Source: Bdellovibrionales bacterium (GTDB taxonomy: Bacteria; Bdellovibrionota; Bdellovibrionia; Bdellovibrionales; UBA1609). From it: a stretch of DNA of 64,000 nt. Below are positions 56,227 to 64,000 of this stretch, one piece after another (the first letter of the stretch is position 1; each line of letters opens with the position of its first letter). The position numbers were made by a program, and so were the translations under genes. The notes beneath the pieces are model-generated. The model worked only from the letters and a program-made list of their open reading frames with translations, did not search any database and was not told the origin of the DNA. Location: NCBI GenBank assembly GCA_965203095.1, contig OZ241877.1:768001-832000 (forward strand), in the 5' to 3' direction.

Positions 56227-57726
56227 TTATGGGGGAAAGGGGCTTCTCAGCTCTTTTAAAAAGCAAAAACAGGCCAAAGCAATAAGCAGTAAAAGAGGGA
56301 AAGCTGAGACAATAAGTAAGAGTTCAAGAGCTTTTATCCCACCGAGATAGAGCAGAGCTATGGCCAGCAATCCCTCTAAAGAGGCCCAATAGAGCTTGCC
56401 CCACAGGGGGAATCTCCCTTTTCGGGAGGAAATTTGATGAATAACATAAGAGGCCGAATCGGAAGATGTGACGAAAAAAACAACAATAGCCAAAAGAGCC
56501 GTTATACATAAGGTTTTTGAAAAGGGGAAATGCTTTAAAAACTCAAACAACAAAAGGGAATACTCTGTTTTTAAAAGAGGCTGAAGGTTCATTTCCCCGG
56601 TGAGATGATATTCAATAGCCGAACCGCCAAAAACAGCAAACCAAAAACAAGAAAGTCCGGCAGGGGCCAATAGGCTGGCCAACACAATTTGCCGGACACT
56701 TCGCCCTTTAGAAATACGAGCAATAAACAGCCCTGTAAAAGGGGTCCAAGCCACCCACCAGGCCAAATAGAGCAATGTCCATTGGGATCGCCACTCGACA
56801 GAACCTAAAGAGTTAACTCGAGTCATATTTTTGATCAGATCCAGTAAATAATGCATAGAATGCTCCACAAAGGAGCTGAGCACAAAAACTGTAGGGCCAG
56901 CGGAAAAGACAAATAAAAGTAAAAACAAGCAGATCAAAAGGTTCAATTCACTCAAACGGCGAATCCCCTTGTTCAGCCCAGAAATTAAAGATAAGGCTGA
57001 GCCTACAGTGATAGCAAAAATGATCAGGGTTTGAGTTGTTGAAGAATAAGAGATCCCCCATAACTCCTTAAGGCCGGAATTGATTTGCATACTTCCACGC
57101 CCTAAGGTGACCGCCATACCAATCAAAATCACCACTACCGATACAATATCAATAAGAGATTTTAAAAAACCAGCTGATCTTCCTTTTAAAAAAGGAGAAA
57201 ATATAGAGGATATTTTTAAAGATTTTCCTCTGCAAAAAGAGAAATAGGCCATAATGATCCCTGTCAGGGTATAAATAGCCCAGCCAGAAAATCCCCAATG
57301 AAGAAAAGTGAGTTGAAAGGCCTGAGGCAGTGGCTCTACCCCCGTGGTAGGCCCTGAAGGAGGGTAAAAATAATGATACAGTGGCTCATAAACGCCGGAG
57401 AACAAAAGCCCGGTGCCCATGCCTGCACTAAAAATCATGGCTATCCATGTTCCATTATTGTATTTTGGGGGGCCGGCCCCCATTTTCAGCCGGCCATAAG
57501 GGCTAAGGGCCAGGTAAATACAAAGGCAGAAAAATAAAAAAAATAAAAAAACATAAAACCAAGAAGTATAGAGGATAAAAACATTTTGCCCTCTCGACAA
57601 AACATTGAAAAAACCATTAGGAAATAAAAAAGCCAGTGCTAAAATAAAAAAAATGAGACCACCAGCCCCTATAAAAACAGGATTGCCATTTTTTTTAAAG
57701 AGGATGGGTAGGAGTTGATTTTTCAT
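56227..57726 (-). CDS. BCCT family transporter
   Basis: MIFSAGMG, HWG, WW.AWTPF.G.FIARISKGR. Confidence 0.92.
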   Translation of the reverse strand: MKNQLLPILFKKNGNPVFIGAGGLIFFILALAFLFPNGFFNVLSRGQNVFILYTSWFYVFLFFLFFCLCIYLALSPYGRLKMGAGPPKYNNGTWIAMIFSAGMGTGLLFSGVYEPLYHYFYPPSGPTTGVEPLPQAFQLTFLHWGFSGWAIYTLTGIIMAYFSFCRGKSLKISSIFSPFLKGRSAGFLKSLIDIVSVVVILIGMAVTLGRGSMQINSGLKELWGISYSSTTQTLIIFAITVGSALSLISGLNKGIRRLSELNLLICLFLLLFVFSAGPTVFVLSSFVEHSMHYLLDLIKNMTRVNSLGSVEWRSQWTLLYLAWWVAWTPFTGLFIARISKGRSVRQIVLASLLAPAGLSCFWFAVFGGSAIEYHLTGEMNLQPLLKTEYSLLLFEFLKHFPFSKTLCITALLAIVVFFVTSSDSASYVIHQISSRKGRFPLWGKLYWASLEGLLAIALLYLGGIKALELLLIVSAFPLLLLIALACFCFLKELRSPFPP

Positions 57727-57757
57727 AAAAGTTTCCCCTGAGATAAAAAGACTATTC

Positions 57758-58348
57758 CTACACCCCCATAGAACACAATACTTCCTTAACCTGCCTTTTG
57801 AGGCTTTGCAAGTGGCCACTGTTGTCAATAATGAAGTCCGCATGGCCCTGAGCTTGGGATTCGGGAATTTGTGCCCTCCATCTCTGTTTAATTTCTATAG
57901 AGGTCCAGCCTTTTTTTATCAACCTTTGTCTTTTGATACTTTTAGGACAGACAAGCAAAATTTTTTTGTCAAAAGAATCAAACATTTTTAAAGATATGAG
58001 AGGGGCTTCATAAAAAACCCAGCTTTCCCCAGAGTTTTTTTGATGATCCCGCCATTTTTTAAAAGACTCCCTGATCAAAGGGTAAATAATGGCGGAAAGG
58101 GCCTTTCGCTTATCTGCATTTTGGAAAATATCCTTTGCCAGCTGTTTTCTATCCCACTCGCCATTAGATTTAAAAAATCGATCCTCATTAAAAATCTGCT
58201 TTAAACGGGAATAACAGGGGCTTTTAATGCTCATAAGCTCTCTCGCCTTTGTGTCCGCTTTAAAAACAGGGTAGGATTGAGCCTCTAAACAAGCAATTAC
58301 AGTGCTTTTCCCCGATCCCATAGAACCCGTCACTAAAACCGTTGTCAT
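57758..58348 (-). CDS. coaE: Dephospho-CoA kinase
   Basis: TGSMGSGKST, DRKQLA..IF, ADFIIDN. Confidence 0.93.
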   Translation of the reverse strand: MTTVLVTGSMGSGKSTVIACLEAQSYPVFKADTKARELMSIKSPCYSRLKQIFNEDRFFKSNGEWDRKQLAKDIFQNADKRKALSAIIYPLIRESFKKWRDHQKNSGESWVFYEAPLISLKMFDSFDKKILLVCPKSIKRQRLIKKGWTSIEIKQRWRAQIPESQAQGHADFIIDNSGHLQSLKRQVKEVLCSMGV

Positions 58349-58457
58349 ATTGTTGATGAGAATACTGGTAGTTAAAGGATTTTTTTAGTCCCAAACCAAT
58401 GAAAAAGCCTTTAAAGGCTATTTTTTTCAAAAAAAAGGCTCACTCACAGGCAAACTT

Positions 58458-58485
58458 TAAAGTCTATAGCCAAAAAAGCCGATAA
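58458..58485 (+). promoter_or_regulatory. Sigma28 (FliA)-like promoter TAAAGTCT-N12-GCCGATAA
   Basis: Exact -10 consensus GCCGATAA; spacing 1 nt longer than canonical. Confidence 0.5.
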
Positions 58486-58494
58486 TTTTATTAG

Positions 58495-60441
58495 ATGAAA
58501 TTTACAGAATTTGGAAAATACACCATCATTAAGAAACTGGCCTCTGGGGGCATGGCTGACATTTTGTTGGCCTGTGATTTAAGCCCCGCGGGTTTTGGCC
58601 GATTTGTGGTCATTAAACGAGCTTTGTCAAAGTTTTCTGAAAATGAAGAATTTAAGGACATGTTCAAAAATGAGGGGAAGGTGGCCAATAGCCTCAAACA
58701 CAGCAACATTACCCCCATTTATGAATTTGGGATCCAAAAAGACCAATTTTTTCTCTGTATGGAATATATTTCCGGAAGAAATGTCCGAGAGCTTATTAAA
58801 AAATTACAACTTTACAAAAGCTCTATCAGTATTCCCAACGCGGTTTACATTATTAAAGAGGTGGCCTCTGGTTTGAATTACGCCCACAATGCAGTGGATC
58901 CCAACACGGGACGACCTTTAAACCTTATCCATAGGGACATCAGCCCCCAAAATATCATGTTGAGCTTTGACGGAGAGGTAAAACTTATTGACTTTGGAAT
59001 TGCCAAAATAGCCGACACCAATTTGACTCGAGTAGGCCATCTGAAGGGAAAGTTCAGCTACATGAGTCCAGAGCAGGCCAAGGGCGAACCATTGGACGCT
59101 CGGACAGATATTTTCTGCATGGGGATCATTTTGTGGGAGCTCTTGACTGGCAAAAGGCTTTTTGCTTCGTCAAATGACCTCAACTCTTTAAAAAAAGTTA
59201 AAGTTTGCGATGTTCCTTCAGCACAAAAAATCAATCCGGAGATCCCTACCGCACTCAATCATGTGATTCAAAAGGCTTTAAGCAAAAATAAAAATTCAAG
59301 ATACAAATCGGCCGCAAATATGGAGCAAGATCTGACAGTATTTTTAAATAAAAACTATCCAGAATATTCTCGCTATGAGTTTATTTCCCTAATAAAAAAA
59401 GTTTATCGAAAAGAAATAATGAAAGAGCGGGAAGACTTGAAAACCTATTCCTCTAAATTTAACATATATAAAAATGAACGAAACAAAGAAGAGGGCTTAA
59501 GCCCACAAACACAACACTTGAGTATTCCCGATATATCTATATTAGACCCGGCCCCTAAAGCACCAACAGAAACAAAAAGTTGGTTAAATGAAGAAGAGAA
59601 CAGGTCTTACAACAGCCAGTTTATCACACAAACCAAAAAGACGAAATCATTTACAAACAGTCAAGAAAAAGAGGAGAATAGTTCCACCTTAATCCAAAGG
59701 CAAGACTTCAAAACAGAGACTTCAGCAAATGACCAGACATTGAGTCGCTCATTGACTGATGAGACTCGTCAGCCCCAACTTGTTGCAAAAAATAATGACT
59801 CGATCCAGTTGAAAATGGAAAGCCAATACAAAATGGCTAAAACTCAAAGTCCTCCTTTTAATCAGGGGACTTTAAACACTGATCTGTCTTTTAAAAAAGC
59901 CACAGCTCTTTACGATAAGAAAAAATTTATAGAACAAATTGCAGAAAACAAGGATGAAAACCAAACCTCTTTGTTTTTTTTGATTATGGCGAGTGTTTTA
60001 TTTTTAGGGGGTGGTTCTTTTGCTATTTTTTGGTTGATAAAAAATGACAATGTGATGGAATGGTTAGGGGCAGGAGGCGGAACATCCCCTCCCTCTGTTC
60101 AGCAAGGTTTGCCTAAATCCATTCCGGCCCCGCATTCTGCTGAAAAGGCTTTTGCTAATAAGCAGATAACTAACCCACCGGCTCAGAGAAAAATATTTAT
60201 CAACTCCAAACCCTCAGGTGCGGCCATTTTTGTAAATGGTCAATTTTTGTCTAAATATACCCCTTCTGTAGTCAGTTTGAGTGCCAAAAGCATATCACAT
60301 ATCACTATTAAAAAAGAGGGCTACTTCCCTAAAAAAACTGTATTTAATCCACAAAATCAAAGCCAAAGCTCTTTAAGTGTCAGTTTAAGAGCTGATCCTC
60401 AAAGGGATCTCTCTTCGGAAAAAACCTATATTAGACAATAA
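58495..60441 (+). CDS. Hanks-type Ser/Thr protein kinase with TM and C-terminal PEGA domain
   Basis: GGMA, HRDISPQN, DFG, YMSPEQ; NSKPSGAAIFVNG..TP..KEGY. Confidence 0.95.
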   Translation: MKFTEFGKYTIIKKLASGGMADILLACDLSPAGFGRFVVIKRALSKFSENEEFKDMFKNEGKVANSLKHSNITPIYEFGIQKDQFFLCMEYISGRNVRELIKKLQLYKSSISIPNAVYIIKEVASGLNYAHNAVDPNTGRPLNLIHRDISPQNIMLSFDGEVKLIDFGIAKIADTNLTRVGHLKGKFSYMSPEQAKGEPLDARTDIFCMGIILWELLTGKRLFASSNDLNSLKKVKVCDVPSAQKINPEIPTALNHVIQKALSKNKNSRYKSAANMEQDLTVFLNKNYPEYSRYEFISLIKKVYRKEIMKEREDLKTYSSKFNIYKNERNKEEGLSPQTQHLSIPDISILDPAPKAPTETKSWLNEEENRSYNSQFITQTKKTKSFTNSQEKEENSSTLIQRQDFKTETSANDQTLSRSLTDETRQPQLVAKNNDSIQLKMESQYKMAKTQSPPFNQGTLNTDLSFKKATALYDKKKFIEQIAENKDENQTSLFFLIMASVLFLGGGSFAIFWLIKNDNVMEWLGAGGGTSPPSVQQGLPKSIPAPHSAEKAFANKQITNPPAQRKIFINSKPSGAAIFVNGQFLSKYTPSVVSLSAKSISHITIKKEGYFPKKTVFNPQNQSQSSLSVSLRADPQRDLSSEKTYIRQ

Positions 60442-60767
60442 TGAGGGACATAATGTTTTTTTTGAGAAAAAAGCCCAGCACCTCCTCTCAAAATAAAGGC
60501 TTAAAAAGAGCTTTTTTAAAAAGTCGTTCCGGACAGGTCACAGTGGAGTATATCCTTTTAGGAGCTGTTTTGGCCTTCCTATTTAAATTGGTGACAACTT
60601 CTAACCCGTTAAAAGACTCATTACAAAATTTTCAAGAGACACCTTATAAAGTATTTAATAATTTGTTGGAGACCGGAAACTTAATCTCTGATGGACCAAC
60701 TGGACCAACCGCCACAGAACAGCATCCCAATAATCATAAATTGCATTACACTTCTGATGGAGAATAA
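60441..60767 (+). CDS. Flp/Tad pilin-like protein, translationally coupled to the kinase
   Basis: SG|QVTVEYILL; TAATG overlap. Confidence 0.8.
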   Translation: MRDIMFFLRKKPSTSSQNKGLKRAFLKSRSGQVTVEYILLGAVLAFLFKLVTTSNPLKDSLQNFQETPYKVFNNLLETGNLISDGPTGPTATEQHPNNHKLHYTSDGE

Positions 60768-60776
60768 ATATCGCTT

Positions 60777-62096
60777 ATGAAAAAGTCTACATTTAATAGA
60801 TCGCATAAGCAAAAGTCCAGCTTGTTCGGGACGGCAATACCTTGGACCCTCACCGCTGGCTTTTGCTCATGCGATAAAGGACAGATCTTTTTTACGAAAG
60901 GATTAAGAGTCGCCTATGAAAAGCCTTGTTCTTTAATTTCTTTATCCAAAGGCCCTGCCCTTTCGGGCTCCCGCCAAGTCTTTACCCAAAATCCCGTCAT
61001 TCCCGCCTTGAGCGGGAATCCATTCCTCTCAGACCCTCACCATTCGTTATTCCCGCTTAGCTTTTCGGATTGCCCCCGGCAATTCTCAATCCCACGAAAG
61101 CGGGAATCCATATTTAGTTTATCTTTTTGTCCAAAGTCCGTTCCATTTCGGGACGGGAATACCTTGGACCCTCATGGAACGGACTTTGGACAAAAGCACT
61201 TAAGCAAGCTCTTCCCAGGATTAGTCTTTCCAAAAAAGCCAGTTGCTCCCGTGAAGAACCTTTTCGGCTTGCCCCCGGCAAGTCTCAATCCCGTGAAAAA
61301 CTTCGTCATTCCCGTGAAAACGGGAATCCAGAAATCTCTATCTTTCCTGCAAAATTTATTAAAAAGTCTCAGGTCTTTTCGGATTCCTGCTCAAGGAAGG
61401 AATGACTATTCTTGTCGTGGGAAAATACCTTCCCGGGAAAAAGGTTTTGTGACGATTCCTTTTCTTTTGGTTTCAATTATTATTTTATTTTTGATTCTCT
61501 CTTTTTTTAGGCTCACTTTCACTTTGGTTCATGCCAGTGTGGCTCAGTATATCGCCTATTCCACCTCCCGAAAACTGGCTTTGGGAGGGAAAAATAAGAA
61601 TGGGTTTATTAAGGCAGATGGCCATTATGTCAAACTCCATAAAAAGTTTTTTAATAATGCTTTTAAAGCTAATAGTAGTGATTGTAGTGAGGGAGGGCTT
61701 GATATGTTTACAATCTGCTCTACTAAAGACGGTCTTATTGGAAAAGGAGACTCGATAGGAAAAAAGAGTGAACGTGAGCGTGATTATAAAAGTAATCATC
61801 CTAATAAAACTTTATTTTATGGGGTAGGAGTTCTTTTTGATTATAATAAGGCACTGAGATTTAAAATCCCTTTCTTATCGAAAAACTCAAACATCTCGCC
61901 ACCGGAATATGCCATTATCAATTCTTTTTTAGGACGAGAGATTTCTCAAGATGAGTGTGATGATTATAGTAATAGTTTTTTCAAACAAAGGAATACATTT
62001 ATCTATAGTATGATAAAGGAAAATAGAAATTCACAAATTCTTGATGGCTTTGAAGCTAATAAGATAAAAATAAATGGAGGTGACAATGGCTGTTAA
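60777..62096 (+). CDS. TadE-like pseudopilin with a ~220-aa repeat-derived N-terminal leader
   Basis: EKG|FVTIPFLL..TM..AQYIAYSTSR; lies between two pilin-like genes. Confidence 0.7.
   Translation: MKKSTFNRSHKQKSSLFGTAIPWTLTAGFCSCDKGQIFFTKGLRVAYEKPCSLISLSKGPALSGSRQVFTQNPVIPALSGNPFLSDPHHSLFPLSFSDCPRQFSIPRKRESIFSLSFCPKSVPFRDGNTLDPHGTDFGQKHLSKLFPGLVFPKKPVAPVKNLFGLPPASLNPVKNFVIPVKTGIQKSLSFLQNLLKSLRSFRIPAQGRNDYSCRGKIPSREKGFVTIPFLLVSIIILFLILSFFRLTFTLVHASVAQYIAYSTSRKLALGGKNKNGFIKADGHYVKLHKKFFNNAFKANSSDCSEGGLDMFTICSTKDGLIGKGDSIGKKSERERDYKSNHPNKTLFYGVGVLFDYNKALRFKIPFLSKNSNISPPEYAIINSFLGREISQDECDDYSNSFFKQRNTFIYSMIKENRNSQILDGFEANKIKINGGDNGC
60800..61406 (+). repeat. Cluster of palindromic elements: family B hairpins (60800-60875, 61125-61195), dRS3/CGTC-like copies (60995, 61088, 61304, 61381 inverted) and a 32-bp direct repeat (61062, 61261)
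   Basis: Read directly; matches to 1673, 11926, 12771, 19296, 43190, 49696. Confidence 0.92.
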
Positions 62097-62559
62097 TAAA
62101 AAGAAACGAAAAGCTAAGCAAAAACATTTTTTGCGATCTTCCCGTGGGGTGGCGGTGGTGGAAATGTTGCCACTGTTATTTATTTTTGTCATGTTTTTTG
62201 GCATTACTTTTGGCTTTTGGTCAGCTATTCACAAAGCCACTTTGCACAGCATAGCCGCTCGTCATTACGGCTTTGAAGTGATCCATAATCGCTCCGATTT
62301 GTATTATCATAGAGATACGGATACGGGAAAACCAAATAAAAATTATTATGGAAAACCTAATAAAGGTCTCCGTTATTTTGCTATTGTTGAACATCAAACC
62401 GTCGATCCAGAATTAAAACCAAGAATTAATAAATTAAATTTATTTGACAAAGGAGAACTGACAATAAATTCAATACAAGATCCAACTCTAGAAGTTAATC
62501 CCATTAAGCTTAAAATAGGTTATGGTATCTGTATAGATTATGAATGTGGCGGGTTATGA
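62086..62559 (+). CDS. TadE-like pseudopilin
   Basis: SRG|VAVVEMLPLL..AAR; GGAGGTG RBS. Confidence 0.82.
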   Translation: MAVNKKKRKAKQKHFLRSSRGVAVVEMLPLLFIFVMFFGITFGFWSAIHKATLHSIAARHYGFEVIHNRSDLYYHRDTDTGKPNKNYYGKPNKGLRYFAIVEHQTVDPELKPRINKLNLFDKGELTINSIQDPTLEVNPIKLKIGYGICIDYECGGL

Positions 62560-62665
62560 CGGTGTTGTCTTCTCTTCCATAAACTCAGCAAGAATCCCCC
62601 TCATTTTTTTGGGCTTGCCCAAAAGCCTTCTTCTTTGGTATAGAGTAAACACTTCATGAGGATAG

Positions 62666-63124
62666 ATGATGACACGAGGCATAATTTATAAAACCTATAA
62701 AAAAGTGGAACAACTGCATAAAAAACACTTAAAAAGACATGGAGTAAATCTCCCAAAATTGAAAAATAACAAAGGATCATACACCAGAGATGCGTTGGTA
62801 TTAATATACCTAAGTCAAGGCTATCCTCATACTAAAAAAGCAACAAAAAAGGAATTAACCCAATTTATAAGAAAATATTATCCTGACACAAGTGATGTTC
62901 AACAAGGAAGGCATTTAGGAGCACAAAAAGGATGGTGGATTTTAGCAGGAGGAAGAGACAATATTGTCTTATCCTTAAAACGAGGAGAATATCAGCTTTA
63001 CACATTAGAAAAACCCTACCCTGGGTTTAAGCAAAGCAGGAGACAAATAAAATCCCTTAAAAGGCAAGCCCCCTGGCCAACTGAGATAGAAAATGAAAAA
63101 ATACATAAACAAAATTATTCATGA
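62666..63124 (+). CDS. Putative restriction-endonuclease-related protein, apparently C-terminally truncated
   Basis: Overlaps the MTase start; AT-rich; no nuclease motif visible. Confidence 0.45.
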   Translation: MMTRGIIYKTYKKVEQLHKKHLKRHGVNLPKLKNNKGSYTRDALVLIYLSQGYPHTKKATKKELTQFIRKYYPDTSDVQQGRHLGAQKGWWILAGGRDNIVLSLKRGEYQLYTLEKPYPGFKQSRRQIKSLKRQAPWPTEIENEKIHKQNYS

Positions 63125-64000
63125 TGATGCTCTTAATTTTTTGCCAAAATTAAAAAGCAATTCCATAGATATTATACTGACAGATCCTCCCTATTTCTTA
63201 GATAAAATGGATCATACTTGGAGTGCTAAAAAGGTAATCAGCCCTAAAAAACCTTATGCTATAAAACACCTGCCAGCAGGTATGAAGTTTGACAGAGAGC
63301 AAGGAAAAACCTTTTATTCATGGTATTTAAAAGTATCAGAAAATCTTTTTAGGGTTTTAAAACCAGGAGGATTTTTCTTTTCTTTTTCCAGCCCCAGATT
63401 GTATCACAGGATGACTTGTGCTATTGATGATGCAGGATTTGAAATAAGAGACTGTTTTATATGGCTTTATACACAAAATCAGCCCAAAGCAATGAGCCTT
63501 CATCATTTTATTAACAAAACAAATAAACCTGAAGAAGAAAAACAGAAACTCAATAGCAAATTTAAGGAATGGAAAACTCCACAGGTAAAATCCTGTTATG
63601 AACCGATTGCAATGGCTCAAAAACCTATAGAGGGAACTTATTTAGAAAACTCAATAAAATACAATGTTTCTTTAATCAATACAAAAATAAAGCAAGGGCA
63701 GAATAAAGATATGTTTGCATCAAATATCATGACAAGTGAATACATTAACCACAAAATAGATAAGGTTTTTTTAGTAGATAAACCAAAAGAAAATGAAAAA
63801 GGCTCTTTTAATAATCATAAAACAGTAAAACCCTTATCATTATTTAGATACTTAATTAGTCTAACTACAAAACCTAAAAGTATAGTATTGGATCCATTTA
63901 TAGGTAGTGGCACAACAGCTATAGCTTGTAGGGAGCTTAACAGGAAATTTATAGGAGTGGAAATCAATAAACAATATATTGATATTTCCACTACAAGATT
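63093..64000 (+). CDS. Beta-class N4/N6 site-specific DNA methyltransferase (runs off window end)
   Basis: Manual translation: MKKYINKII..TDPPY..RVLKPGG..HKTVKP..VLDPFIGSGTT. Confidence 0.92.
   Translation, partial: MKKYINKIIHDDALNFLPKLKSNSIDIILTDPPYFLDKMDHTWSAKKVISPKKPYAIKHLPAGMKFDREQGKTFYSWYLKVSENLFRVLKPGGFFFSFSSPRLYHRMTCAIDDAGFEIRDCFIWLYTQNQPKAMSLHHFINKTNKPEEEKQKLNSKFKEWKTPQVKSCYEPIAMAQKPIEGTYLENSIKYNVSLINTKIKQGQNKDMFASNIMTSEYINHKIDKVFLVDKPKENEKGSFNNHKTVKPLSLFRYLISLTTKPKSIVLDPFIGSGTTAIACRELNRKFIGVEINKQYIDISTTR

Overview
Chromosomal segment of a low-GC bacterium, most consistent with Bdellovibrionota/deltaproteobacterial lineages (inferred from gene content and order). Housekeeping content: rng, atpF'FHAGDC with a separate atpZ-atpI pair, membrane-arm nuoA-H-J-K-L-M-N, PPIases/surA-pdxA, divIVA, coaD/coaE, rsmD, rnhA, gyrBA. 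Three dispersed Tad/Flp pilus loci are linked to FHA proteins, a Ser/Thr kinase and a degenerate PP2C-like protein. Accessory genes include an AAA_14/DUF4143 ATPase, a fused double adenine MTase, a Fic protein, a disrupted zinc metallopeptidase and a terminal R-M pair. The most unusual signals are repeats. (i) A 70-bp x ~6.7 palindrome-containing tandem array sits directly upstream of the Fic gene, and its core motif recurs upstream of the AAA ATPase. (ii) Two families of short palindromic elements are present: a dRS3/CGTC-like family and a hairpin family with a conserved 28-nt loop and variable, covarying stems. They occur in-frame inside genes, are flanked by direct duplications at two sites, and fill a ~220-codon open leader in front of the prepilin cleavage site of a Tad pseudopilin. 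I recognised no rRNA, tRNA, CRISPR array or transposase.
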